From contig QPMI01000594.1 in the NCBI GenBank assembly GCA_004431415.1, positions 9,356 to 73,355 of the forward strand: DNA of 64,000 nt. The letters run 5' to 3'. The DNA comes from Cyanophora paradoxa CCMP329 (taxonomy: Eukaryota; Plantae; Glaucophyta). Of this stretch, positions 13,401-26,594 are shown piece after piece. The stretch's first letter is position 1. Every line of letters starts with the position of its first letter. Position numbers and translations under genes: made by a program. The notes under the pieces are model-generated. The model ran no database searches, had not been told where the DNA came from, and was given only the letters and a program-made list of their open reading frames with translations.

Positions 13401-16400
13401 TCTTCCGCGGCTCGCTCCGCTCCCGCGACGGCGCCGCATTCTCAGAGCTCAAGGGCAGCGGCCGTTCGCCGCTGGCTTCGGGCGAATCGATTGCTCGGAT
13501 CGCATTCCTTCAGGTCTTCGACATCTCCATCGATATCAGTTCTTTCAAATTAAATGTACCTAAATCCGATTGCAGAGCCGAGCTTATCTGGTCGCCGCCA
13601 TGCTCGGGCACGCTTCCGGCCCCCGCCTCTGCGTCCTCTCTGCAGCCGACGGCGCGCCGCAAGAGTCGACGCTCCTATCCGTCGGCGACGCGCTGCCAAC
13701 GGTCGCCGCCGCTGCTGCCGCCGCGACTTCGGTCGCTCTGGAGGCGGCGCCCGAGCTGCCCGCCGTTTACGTCGCCTTCGGACGCTACATGGCCCGCTTC
13801 AGAGTGGCCCCAGGTAATCAGTCTTGGACGAAGGCCGCTGCTTGCAATTTAATTTCTTTGCCGTGATTCTGACACCGTAGCGGGCATGTGCAGCGTCGGT
13901 GCAGGTGCTGGGGCCCGGGGGCGGCGAGTTGACAATGCGAATCCGCGCCCCGCTCTCCATCCCCTACGTCACCGGCGGGCTCGTCTCCGGCGTGGAGGTG
14001 CGCCGCTTTTGTTTCAGAGCTATTAGTATTCGGCGCCGGCAAGACAAGCCGCTCTGCAGATAAAGATCCTGAACCCCATGAACCTTCGCACCATCCACAG
14101 CTTCGTGTCCGCTTTGCCAGCGGGCCTCACGAACAGCCGCCGCGTGGCGCGCATCCCGCTGACCCCGCCTACCTTCGGCATCGGAGGTAAGATCCGACAG
14201 CTTCACATGTTTTTGTACCCGCTCAATGTGCATGCGCATTTGCAGGCCACTACGCGGTCCAGGCGTGTGTCTTGGATGAGGCAGATGCCAGCGGCTGCTC
14301 GGAGATCCCTTCCAGTTCCTATTTCGCGATCCAGAGCCCGGACGGTGCGCACGAAAAGATTTAAACAAGCGCTAAAAGACAAGCACGATACGGAGAATTC
14401 TTGACCCGACCCCTGCGCCCCCTTCTAACTAGGATCGGCGGCGGCGGAGCCGAAGGTGGTCCTCTTCAGCGTCCGCGCGCCGGACGGGTCTGTGATCGCG
14501 GTGGGCAAGCTGCTCGCGGCCGTCGACGGCGTCGCGGTCGAGCCGCCCCAGCGCGGCTCTGTCGAGGTGTGACCTCAACAAATAAAATATTTTGATAAGA
14601 ATCCGCCTGGACTAACCGATTTCCCGCTGATGTGGTTTTGCAGTCGGACATCTCTGCCGTCGACGCCACCCGCGTGCCGGCGGCGTACGATTCGGTGCTA
14701 GAGGCGTCCGTGAGCTGGAACGGGGCGGGGAAGAAGGGCGGCCTGGTGTCGGGCCCCGGGCGCGGCCTCCACCTGCTCTTCACCCGCGCCCCGGCCTCGG
14801 GCCGCTGGCTCCTCGTCAACGCAACTGTGCTGGACTCGTCCGGCGTGCGTTTAATTTGAGGTTTTGGGCAAATGAACCTTGCAACTCTTCTCTGAACGGT
14901 TTTGACGCCTTTGCAGGAGGGCGTGTGGTGGGTTCCGGGGCTCGCCGACGCCGCCTCTCCCGCGTTCGCCGCCTCGGCCGCGCTGGGCGAGGAGATCGCC
15001 TGCAGCCGCCTGCGGGTCCCACTTTTCTCGGGATCGCCCGCGGTCGAGCGCGGCTGGCTCGAGCTGCAGGACTTCCGCCTTGCCGCTTTCGCCTCCGCCG
15101 GCGCCAAAATGCAAGCCCGCTCCTACGGCTGCGGCGGGACAGAGAGCTGCCAGCTGCAGCAGAGCTCGGCGGCCGGCGCGGCGCTCGCCGCCTCCTGCGC
15201 CCCCGCAGAGCCGACGTCCGTCGAAGTGCGGGCGGACCTGGACTCGAACGGCGTCGACGCGATCGTCCAGCAGGCGTCCGCGGCCGCAGGCACGGCCGTC
15301 ACCGTCTCGCAGTCGCGCCGCCGGCTGCGCCAGGCCGCCAGCACGCTCTCCCTGTCCCTCGGGGCTGGCCCCACCGCCGGAGCCGTGCGCTTATATATCT
15401 TTGTGTAGCTTCTGCTCGTTGTTCGCAGTGCTGAATGCGGACATTGCAGGCTGCCGTTAGCCTTGTCGACGCTGTAAACGGGGGTTCTTCGTCCGTCTCG
15501 CTGCTCCAGGGCGTCGCCGTCAGTGGGAGCGAGGAAATCACGAACCCTGCGGCGCCAGCGCGTGCGCATTAAATATTCCGAATCGCGTCAACTTCGGCCG
15601 ATCGGCTGATCGCGAGTGCGCAGCCGGCCAGTGGACAGCGGTCGCTTCGGCGCCGATGCAGTTCGAGCACGCCTGCGCCTTCGGGGCGGCCATCTATTTC
15701 GTGAACAGCGGCACTTCATTGCCCGCGATCTCGGTTTCGGGCTTCGACCCCGCAACGGGCGCCTGGAACAGCGGCGTCAGTCTGCCCGATGGCGGATCGT
15801 CTGCAAGCCTGGCCTGCACAGGACCCGTTATTTACGGTATGCTATTTTCTTAAAGCTGAAAGCGAATGTGACGCCGCCGCCCGCAGCGTTCGGCGGGATT
15901 CTCGGGGGCGCTCCGACGTCGCTGCTGCGCTCGTACTCGACTGCGGACGGCGCGTGGACGACAATCGCTCCGGCCTCGGGCTCCGCGCCGCCCCCGCGCA
16001 GCTCCGCCGCCCTTCTCTCCATATCAGACACGCACCTGCTCCTCGCGTGCGTAAATATCGCTCTGCTCTTATTTCCCTTGTTAAAACCTTTTTTGAACAT
16101 CGCTTATCTGGCAACTCGCAGCGGCGGAGTGGGCGGCGGTTCGGCGGCGCTCTCGGACGTCTGGCTCTTCGACGTCGCCACCTCAGAGTGGGCGCAGCTC
16201 GACGCGCCTGCTTCGGGCCCCAGCCCTCTCGCGCGCTACGGCGCCGCGGCGGCCTCGGCTGGCGATGCCGCCTACATCTTCGGAGGGGCAAGCCAGGCCG
16301 GCGCCGATGCGACGTTCTACAATGCGCTGTACTCGTGCGCTTTATCATGATCACTTACTCTTTTAGGGTTTGTCATCGGAATTAGAATGCTGACGTTTTG

Positions 16401-19400
16401 TATGTCTCTTTCGCGTTTACGAAGCTTCGCCGTCGATACGGCGTCCTCGAGCTCTCCGGCGGCGACGCTCGTCTCCGACCCTGCCGCGTCTCCTTCGGCG
16501 CCCTCGCCGCGCGCCTTTGCTCTGATGCAGCTTTCTTCCACGGGAACCTCTTCACGGGTGCGAATCTTTGAAAGAATCAACACGAAATCGGTGGTTTAAA
16601 CTGGTTTTATGTTTAGATTTACATCACGGGAGGCTTCGAGTCAAGTGGGCAGCCCTCGAACCCTTCGGATCTCTTCATTTTCGATATCGGCGCGGCGGTG
16701 TGGGCGAAGGTCGCTCCCACCGGGGCGGGTCCCTCCGGCCTCGCCCGCTCGGGCGTCGCGGCGTACGGAAGCGCGCTGTATTTCTCTGCAGCGGCCGGCG
16801 TCTTTGCGTGGAGCGTCGACGGGGTTGATTCGTTCGCCTCCGGTGCGTCAGCCCTATATATATGTTACCCTCGAGTTCGTTGAAAGTTGAAGTCGGTCGC
16901 AAAGTACGTTCGTCTGACGGCCGGCACGTGCACGCCTGTGCAGCCTCTCAGATGGTGGGGGCCGCGTCGGTGATGCCCGAGGTGGTGTACCCCGTCTCGA
17001 CCTCCGTCATCCTCCTGGGAGGCTCCTCCTCCGCGTCCTGGGTTGCTCCGTCCACGGCATACACCTCTGTTGTCGTCACGGCCTTCCCCGTCGACCGGAG
17101 CCGCGTGATCGTGAGCAACCAATTAAAATTGTCCGTTTCTTTCTAGAACCGCGAGGGATTCAAGCATGGGCGCAGCCTGTGTACAGCGGCGTGAATGTCG
17201 GCACGTGTCGGATGACTTTCCCGGCCAACCTAGACGCCGGCTCCTACAGGGTCCGCCTCGCATCAAAGCGCACTTCGCTTTGGAACCGATGCCTGAGTCT
17301 CGAGGCAGGTCCAGGTCGTCCTGTCCGGGCCGACTGTCCCCGTCCCTCTTCGCCTTCTCAGCGACGCGTTCACCACTGTCACTCGTGCGCTCCTACACGG
17401 TTCTAAACGTTGCGATTGACGCGTGCACGCGCAGCGGAGGACGTTCTGAGCGCGTTGGAGGAGGCGGTGGTTGTGCTGGCGCCGACGACCACGGGCGACG
17501 TGATTCTCGGGGAGCAGCTCTCGGTCGCGTGGGCCACGATGGGGCTGCCGCCCGAGCAGAGCGTCAGCTTGAGCCTCGTGGACACTTCGACTGATGCCGA
17601 GTTTGCAGTGCGTGCTTCTTGATCGGAGGTCGATTTCCAGCGTTCGAATTCTCTAATTTGGTCACGTGCACAATCGGGTTCGACAGATTGCGAGCCTGTC
17701 GACTTCGACCGCGCAGGGGTTCGCCAAATGGCAGGCGGAGGGAATCCCGCCGGGGAGCTACGCGCTTCGCATTTCCGTGGAGGCAGCGAATAAGACCTAC
17801 TCGGCCACCAGCGCTGGCATTGCCCTGAAGCGTGAGCTCAAGCTCTAGATCTGCGATCCGTTAGCGATAAATGCGTTATTTGAACATGTAATTTATACAT
17901 CCGCGCTCGTGTCGCAGCGTACGCGGTCTCGGTGCTCGGTCCGAGCGCGAGCGAGAGCTGGTTCACGGGCGAGGAACGCGCGTTGACAGTGCAAACCACG
18001 GATCCGCGCTCTATCTCGTCATTCGCCACCATATCTCTTCTCAGCTACCCGGACATGACACTCATTAGAGTAATCGCCTGTTTGAATTATTTTAGATTCT
18101 AAATCCGTCGTGAGCTTAAGCTTTGTGGCAGACGATCGCGCCTGCTGTCCCGCTGGCCCCGACAACGTTGCGGCGGCACCTGTCTGCAGCGGCGGGCGAC
18201 TTTGCTTGGAATATCAGTTCTTATATCGAGCCCGGAACCTACGTTCTTCAGGTCGCTCTCTCTCTTCAATCGAAATGAAAACGAAATTCAACCTTGGGCC
18301 GACTTCGCGCATGCGCAGGCCGATGTTCCAGCCGACGTTGCTGGGGGACTTTCCAGCCCCTTCTGTATTGGCGGCTCCTGCAAGCGTGCGAACAACCCGA
18401 ATCAAAATCGCTTTATTGTGCTTAGTTATATAACTGATCGGTTCGCTTGCAATTGGATGCGCAGCTGGCTTCGCATTCGAGTCTCCTTCTGCAGATGTAC
18501 GCGTCACTTAGTTACTCAATTCATGATTAACGAAACTTAGTTTTGCTTTGTTTCGCAGACGCTGTCGCGCCTGGTCGTCGGAATGCCCTTCGCTCTGGAG
18601 TGGTCGAGCACGGGCATCGACGCCTCCTCCATGGTGCAGATCACCATCGTCAACATCGCCACCGGCGCGCGCTCTCCGGTGCGTGGATTTGTTATTCTTT
18701 CCACGGTAGATTCGCTCTCAACGCAATTCGATTTCACTTGGTTCGCCAGATTGCCGTGCGGAAGAACACGGGCTCGTTCGCCTTCATCCCTTCGGCGGCG
18801 GTCGGGACGGGCGCGTTCTTCTTTGAGCTGAGCGCGAGCCTCGACGGCCGCACCGTCAGCTCCGCCAGCCCCAACGTGCTCCTCGAGACGCCGCCGGCCT
18901 ACCTGCTCCTCCGCATCCCCGACGGGCGCACGGCCTACGCCACGGGCGACTCGATGCCGATCCGGTGGGACTCGGGCAACCTCGCGTCCCGCACCGTCGC
19001 GCTGCGCCTCGTTCGGAGCGACGGGACCGTCGTGGTGCGCGGCGCGGATCAAATCGAATGGGATCGCGAAGTGTGAGCGGATCGAGGTTTTCCATGTCGG
19101 CTGACGTCACGCAGGTCATTGCCGAGAACGCTGCGAACACGGGCACCTACGCGTACACGATCGGAGCTGGCGTCAAGTCCGGAGACTACGCCGTCGAGGT
19201 GAAAAAGAAGCCCTTCGAAACGAAACTCAGCTTTGCGACGCGTTTCGCAGGTCGGAGTCGCGAATTGGCGAGTCAGCGGTCGTGGAAAGGTTTTCACGAT
19301 TACCGCCGCGACGGCATCCGTGTCAGTGCTTCCCGTGCCCACATCTCTGCTTCCGGGACAGCAGTACACGTGCGTGCACAAATTGCAGACCGCTCGCAAA

Positions 19401-22400
19401 GCATCCGAGAAAAGTGAGCGCCGCCGCAGGATCCGGTGGGCGGCCGTCGGTCTGGCGGAGGACGCGGCGTCGAAACTGTCAGTAGTTCTGTTGCCTGCAG
19501 GCGCCTCCACTGCACAAGCTTCGGCAACAGTTGTTCAGCAGCTGTCCGTGGGCAGCGGAATGCGTTTGATGGACTGGACAGTCGCTGGCAGTGCGCATGC
19601 GCCCGCAATTCCTCATGATCATGAACACTACAAACCAGTCGAATTAAAATCTCGCCCCCAGCTTCAGGTAGCAGCTACCGCATCGATGTCGAGATGAACG
19701 GCGTGGTGGGATCCAGCAACGCCTTCTCCGTCCTGCCGCGTGCGCTTGCTTTAATTTAAGCTTTAATCTATTGCAATGGCGTTTCTGACGCATGCGCGCG
19801 CACTGCGCAGCGCCCGCGAATCCCGATCCCTGCCTTGGAAGACGGCCAACTGCCATGGCCTCCGTCTTTGAGACCGCTACGTCTGGTTCCGGACCTGCCA
19901 TCGGTATGCCTAGATCTGTCGTTTTTAATCCCGAGGGGACGGCGCACTACTAGTACTACTAACCCAGTGACAGCGTCGTCGAATGGAGTGTACGCCGTCG
20001 AGGCCGGCCGCCCGGCTGTCGTTCTCAGCGCCGAAGGGAGCGCGGCGTGCGACGGCGCGCCCGCCTCGTCCTTCTCGTGGCTCGAAGTCGGCTCGCCCGA
20101 TCCGAAGCGACCCGCGCTCCTTTCATCCTCGGGCGCGCTGAAAACGACCGTCCAGAGGCTGCGCGTTGGGACGACCACGTGCGTTTCAACTGCAGTCTAT
20201 AGCTACACGCTACAATGTAAATCTGATAAAATATTTAATTTCTCTCGTGCAGGATTCAGCTCAGCGTGCGGGACCGACTCGGCCAAGAATCCCGCACCAC
20301 CGTCGCAATCAAAGTGACGAACCGAAAGAGTGAGCGTGAAAAAAAGAAGTGTTGCTGTTGCATAGTCCGCGAATGCGTGTTTTGACCTGCGAATATCGCG
20401 GCAGTCGTCACCGTCGTCGTTTGCCTGGACGCGAGTGCGGAGAGCTTCGCGGCGACCTTCAACGAAACGACCGTCCTCCCGCCGCTCGCGGCCGCTCTCA
20501 GCGAGTTCCTCCAGCGGCCCCTCCCCGTCGCCTCCTTCGCGCAGCTCCGCGCCGTCCTCTGCCCCGAGGGCGGCTCCGCCGCCGTCTCCGCACAGGTCCC
20601 CGCCGTCGTCGGCCGCACCGGATCGGAGATCGCCGCAGAGCTGTCGAGGATGGCCCCGTCCGACTTCCCCAACGGCGCCCTACAAATCGGCGGCGCGCGG
20701 CGGCGCCTGTTCGCCGCCAGCGCTGGCAGCGTTCCCGTCACAAGGCTCTTCGTCTCTGCGACGCCCTCCACCCGTGCGGCCGCGGGCCCCGCGCGCACGC
20801 GTCGACGTTGCTCGCGCTCGCCTGATCGCGGATCTCTAAATCTGCAGTGAACGCACCGCCGTCGACCCCTCAGCTCGCGATCATCCCTGCATCCCGTTAC
20901 TTTTACATTGTTGTGAATCCACAGACGAAGGTTCTTGCTATGCGGGGTTTTCGTTCTTCGTGATGTGTCATCTGGCGGCGCAGCTCGGTGCGGTGCAAAT
21001 CGTCGCGTCGGCTTCAGACACGGCGCCCGGCGTCCTCGCTTCATGGGAGTGGTGCGCGCCAGGTTTCGGAGCGAATCTTAAACTTGCTTGCCTTCATTTA
21101 TTACTTCTTTCATTCGGTGCATTGATATCTGGTTTTCGCAGGTACGTCGAAGGCCAGCAGCAAGCTTCGACAGGCGACAGCCTCTCTCTGAGCCTGAAGG
21201 TCGGGACGTACCGCGTTCACGCCGTCGGTCCGTTCTTTTGAAGAGCGCCCGTCATTCCGCGCCCTTCGCTGCTAACTTCTGTTCGCAGCGCTCGACGACG
21301 AGAACCTCGACAGCATGTCGGAGCCGCTCACTCTCTTTGTCGTCGAGTGCGCGAAATATTAATCTCTATGCAACTGGGAAAGATCTGACGCTATCGTAAA
21401 TATCACAGCGAGTACTCGTGCAACGTGGGGAAGGCAAGCGATGCTCAATTTGCATTGCGATTAGCCTGCATGAACCTAATCGCAACCTGCTTCGCGCAGG
21501 ACTTGGTGCTCGTGCTGGACGCTGCGACGTCGGCCGCCTCCCAGACCCTCGTCAACGATTTCCTCCTGAAATTCCTCCGGCCGTTCTGGATCCAGGGCCC
21601 CGACTCCTTCGTCTCCGTCGTCCGCTACAGCCTCCCGCCCTCGGGCAACGCCAGCGTCGCTCTGCCCAAGTCGGAAGTCAAGGCCGCCTACGACGCGCTG
21701 GCGTCCCGCGCGATCGACGGCAGCGTGAACCCGTCCACGCCGCGGCTGATGGCGCGCGGCGTGGACGCCGGGCGCGCGGCCGCCGAGTCAATGGCGCGCA
21801 AGGGCGTCGTCCGCAGCATCGTGCTCGTCGCGTTCGACGAGCCGCTGGACGGGCGGGAGGCGCTCAACGCATCGGCGCCCGCGCGGCTGCGCAGCAACCT
21901 GTACGCGGTCCCCGCGATCGCCGACGCCTACGCGTTCGAGTCGGGGTTCGACCTCTTCCGAAACATCGTCACTCAGGCAAGCGCAAGCTTTCAAACAACT
22001 CTTTAATTTAATTAAGCTGACGTCGACTGCGCTTGCGCGCGTGCGCAGCCCAACACGACGAACGTGCTGCCGGTCACGCTGGAGCTGCAGGAGGAGGTGC
22101 AGCGCGCCGCTATCAACTTGGCCAAGGCCGTCTGCGAGGGTATGTGCACGTCTTGTGTGACAGACAGCGATCGAAGATCCCAGAATTTGATTTGGGTGCT
22201 CTCAATTGCAGGCCAGGCTCCTCCCGGGGCTGACGACTTCGACGTCGGAAAATCCATCGGGCAGGCAATCACCGTGGCGGTCGCGGCCGCGATCGGCGTG
22301 AGCGCGGCAGGAGCCCTCGGCGGCTCAGGTCTGCTTTTTGTCGCGTTCTCGCCGTTGCGCTCACGTATTCACAACCGCGCACAGTTGGTGCGTCGATGGG

Positions 22401-25400
22401 AGGAGGAGCCGGCGCCTCGGCCGGCGCTGGTGGCGGCGCGTTCGGCATCATCTCCCAAGCTCAGTTCATCAGCGAGACGTCGTTCCTCAGCATGAACCTG
22501 CCGGGGACCTACAACTCCACCTCGACGTCGACGCAGTGGACCATGCTCTACTTTGGGTCCCCGGGCTGGCGCGGCGGAGGCGGCGGCGGCGGTGGCGGCC
22601 CCAACTCTGCCACCACGGGCTCCAGCACGAGGGGCCGACGCCTCCTCGGGCTCAACGCGTTCACGCGCGAGATGGGAGGAGAGATCGCGAGCCCGTTCCT
22701 CGAGGAGAGCATCTTCTACTCCGGCGTCCTAATCGTCGGCGTGACGGTCATCGAGATTATCGTAACGCTGCTCGCCACGCGCGTCTTTCACGTGAAGGAG
22801 ACGCCCAAGCTCTTCTGGTTCCCGAAGCCGCAAGTCGCCGTTATCATCGTGGCCTACGAGGTGCTTGCATCTTAAATTAAACAAACTCCTGATGATTCGA
22901 CTAAATAAAGCAACTGTTTCGCAGGGCTTTGTGCTGGCGAGCGCTGCGACGGCCCGCTTGACCGATACGTTCTGGCGGACGGTGGGCGCCATCCTCTTGG
23001 TCCGGCGATTTCTTTGAGCTCCCTTACGCCTCACGTTTCTCTTTTCTCACCCACCCTCTGCGATTTCGTACTCAGACGGGCATCGCTGGCACGTTCTTCG
23101 TCTTTGCGGTGCTTGTCGTCGTGTATCGTCTCAAGCGAAGCCACATCGAATGGTGGGCTGGCCTTGCCCTGAAGGACTATGTCGCAATTGACTCTGCGCG
23201 CAGGGTGCCGCTCGAGAAGCCGGACTGGCGGCAGCTGTGGGCGATGAGCGGCGAGGACGACTTGGAGCGCCCGGGCGCCTTCAAGGACGAGCTCAACCAG
23301 ATAAAGCACGCGTGCGCGCGCGCTGAGTTACCTAGGCATTCCGTTTAAGCTCTAACTTCGAAGAGGCTGACTCGAGCGCGGGCATCGCATCTCGCATGCG
23401 CAGGCAAGAGGAGCTGCACCGAAAGAGAAACGAGGCAGAGCTCCTGGAAGATGCGGAGAGCAACGCCAAGCAAGTCAGATCGCGCGGCCCCGAGCTGGCG
23501 CAGGCAAAGCTGCCCCACACGGACGCGGGCAAGCAACCGCACAGCCTAGGTGCCGGCCGGCCGCACGCAAACCTGGAGCTCTTCGAGGCAAAGCCGATGG
23601 ACGAGTACAGCCGGACGAAGCGCTGGGCCGGGGCGCGCTGGGCCGCCGCGAAGGATGCCTGGCGGACGGGCCGGAAGAACTTCGCGAGATCAGTGCACCG
23701 CCGCCGCCTCAGCCTCCTTTGGCGGTGGTGCGTGCGCGCCAAGGGACGGGCTGACCGCACTTGAAAATGTGAAAAACGTCAACTGACGTCCGTTTATCTT
23801 CGAAGGATCAACTGGGAGCGCGGAGTGTGGATCGTGAACCCGAACCGCTCCGACAGGCCGCGCACCTTTTGGTCCTGTGCGCTGCTTCATTTTGTAAATG
23901 CTTTCGAAATGCCTTCGTTCCCTGAGACCATTCGACTCTTATGTAAATGTCCTCAGCGCGAAACTTCCGCTGGTGAATTCCTCTATTATAATATATATAA
24001 TTCCTGTGACCTTCTCCTCTCTGACATCTCGCGCGCTCGCGCGCTCCCTCCAAGGACCTTCGACGTGTTCTTCGAGCCGTTCCGGGGCGACAATTTCGGG
24101 CAGTGGTTCGGGGTGCGATCGCGACGACCGTGAATGCGCTTCGAGTCTCCGTTCGCGTGCTAAATTAAACTTGCGATCAGATTTGGGACATTTTCCGAAA
24201 GCTCGCGTCCGGCCTGGTCGTTGGTGGGTCCTTTGTTTTCATTCTTATGATTGTTCTTCTATTCGATCTGCGATTTTTGATGCGATCTCTTTGAAGGCCT
24301 CGTCAACGACCCCAGCCCGGACCCGGCCCTCGGCCCGGCGCTCTTCTTTACAGTCCTCCAGGTCCGCACCCGCCTGTTATCCAAGATCAAGTCGTACGCG
24401 TGGAACTCAAAGTTAACGTTAATGGCTTAATTCGCAGCTCGGGCTCTTGATCGGCATCATAGGCTTCGAGCTTTTCTACGTTATCGCAGCCTGGCCTTTC
24501 CGGTGTGTGATCATGCATATGACTGATTTGGATGAAGAACTTCCTGAAACAAGCAATGACGTCGACGTCTGTTCGCAGCGAGAACATTGAGAACTACCTC
24601 CAGATCCTCCTCGATTCTCTGCAGGTATCACCCTATATATATGTCATATTTTGCGCAATCGCTGGTTTTTCGAACTTGCGCATGCGATCGACGTCGACCG
24701 TCGCAGATCACCGTCTTGAGCCTTCTCTTGGTGGTGCGCTCGCCCGATCGAGAGCGAGCGGTCGAGATCGCCGGCCGCGGCGCCGGCCTCACGCGCACGC
24801 GCCGCACCCCGCGCACTGCGCATGCGCAGGTCGGTATCCACCCCCAGGCGCCCGACGTCGAGCGGCTGGCCCTCGCCGCCTCCTTGATCCAGGTCCGAGA
24901 AACACAATCCCATATAATTAGTTCCTTTCTCTATACCGCCTTTCTCTTTCCTGCCACCTTTAATTTTGGGCTGGTCTTTCCATTCCGTCGGGCCTGACCT
25001 TCGCGATCGGCGCCCGGCAGATCGTGGCGATAATGGTGATCTTCGTCAACCAGATACGCGCCGAGCGCGACATGTTCCTACGCTTCGGCTCCCGGGCGCG
25101 TCGCCCTTTCCCATTATTTCCTTGATTCGAGATGGCAATTTGCTTATTCGGTCGCTCAGGTGAAGCTCGTCTCGCGGGCCGCGTACCGCCGCGCCGTCCT
25201 CGCCGCCCGCGGCCAGGCGGCCCTCGGGAAGTTCGCGCCGTCTTCTCGCGACGGCGAGCTCGAGCTCGAGAGCGGTGGGACCAAGCCGCGGGCGGGGGCG
25301 GACCTGGGCGCCGAAGTACAGCCGAACCTCCTCCACATCCTCTTCAGCGCAGGAGTGCGTTCTATCCGCTTCTTCATCGATCTAATTCTCTGAAATCTAA

Positions 25401-25698
25401 AATCTGAATTCTAACGAAACGCGCCTGCTAGAACGAGGAAGACGAGCTCCAGGAGCTGGCAAGGCAACGGATGCGAGGCGGCGCTGCAGCCGCAGCCGCG
25501 GCCGAACGGGGGTCTGCGTCTGCGCCGGCGCGCGGAGCAACGCGGCCAATCGGACCCCAAAACCCATCGCTAGCCGCGCCACCGCCGCTGGCGTCTGTCC
25601 CATCGCTCCCGGGCGCTCGGCACGCAGGAACACGCACCGACGCCGAGGCCAGCAGATCTAGAAGGCCAAGGGACAGCCCCATCACCGTCTTTTTGTGA
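1..25698 (+). CDS. Giant multi-exon cell-surface/membrane protein (FN3 array, Ig-like, Kelch, PKD-like, vWA-like, multi-pass TM C-terminus); 5'-partial
   Basis: The 3815-aa ORF is open from the window start. It splices in phase at 11402|GTGAGT...CGCAG|11480 (SSTST|LLLSGQ) and continues through many 60-90 nt introns (GT/GC donors, CTGAC/CTAA branch, CAG acceptors). The last exon 25431-25698 reads NEEDELQELARQRM...VFL*. Not every junction was checked. Confidence 0.75.
3..11402 (+). CDS. Intronless giant exon: tandem fibronectin type III-like modules
   Basis: Recurrent ~100-aa modules with YRNG/YRDG, DxGLxPxTxYxY and T-x-P-x-x-P linkers, plus many N-x-S/T sequons; no stop codon for 11.4 kb. Confidence 0.85.
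15623..16842 (+). other. Kelch-repeat beta-propeller exons of the giant protein
   Basis: GG-containing Kelch-type motifs: AFGGILGG..LRSYSTADGAW, SGGVGGG..SDVWLFDVATSEW, YIFGGAS, YITGG..DLFIFDIGAAVW. Confidence 0.75.
21501..21976 (+). other. vWA-like exon of the giant protein (degenerate MIDAS)
   Basis: DLVLVLDAATS...VSVVRYS...RSIVLVAFD pattern; a second VVVCLDAS start occurs at about 20415. Confidence 0.55.
22212..25200 (+). other. Multi-pass transmembrane C-terminal region (TRP-like, fungal Flc/Pkd2-type by resemblance)
   Basis: AVAAAIGVSAAG, GAFGIISQAQFISETSFLSM, TFDVFFEPFRGDNFGQWF and several hydrophobic exons. Family assignment is by recalled resemblance only. Confidence 0.55.
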
Positions 25699-26594
25699 AT
25701 TAGAACTTTTTTTTTTTGGAAGAAGAGCAAACAGCCATATATATACATTATACATTAATTAGAAGCGCAGAGTAGGTTTCCACGTAGCTCAGAATTTATA
25801 ATTGAGGAAGCTTCGTTTGAGCTTCCAGCCTGGCAGAAGACTCTGAGACGCTTGGTGTGAAGGCCGCTGTCAGTCGATTATATTCTTGGATGATCTCGCA
25901 GCACTAATTATAATCTCTTGCTTCTATTTTATTTTCTGCTCCAGCTTCTACTTTGCTTTCTCTATATTCTACTTAACTTTCTCTGTCCCTGTTGTGGATT
26001 TACTACGGGACTTACTAGCGAACGCGTACGCGGTCAGCTCGTGCGGTCAGCAAGTTTAAAAATGAGCGAAGTGATCATGATCATGAACAAAGTGCCGCCG
26101 TGTGGTCAGCTCGTCATGCGCATATCCTTGCCATGATGCGCGTGCACACGTGCCGCCCGGCGGCCGCATGGGGGCGTCGAGCAGGGGGCATCGATCGTCG
26201 GACGCCATGCATAGGGTAAACGTATCATGAGTACGTGCACTAAAACTAGTACCAGTGCCTCCGCGGCCGACCAATTCCGACGGTCGCGAGATCTACTACA
26301 AGCTTAAGGCTAGCTATAGGCTAATTATAAATTCAGAAACGCCGCGCACCAGCGTTAGCCTGCGCGGCCGCGCGCGGGATCTAGATCTACATCTAGATCG
26401 ATATTTCTGAGTCTCTCAGAACTAGTACTAGTCTTGCCAAGTCTTGCTATCAGCGCCAGCGGCCGGCGCGCGCCGGGCCTGGGCCCTAGCCTGGCGCGCA
26501 GTTGCAATCGGCCGGTTCAGTTGCGACGAGCACCTGCGGAGGGGGAGAGAGCTGGGGTGGGGTACGCGTGCCAGCAGTTCGAACGCAGTGCACG

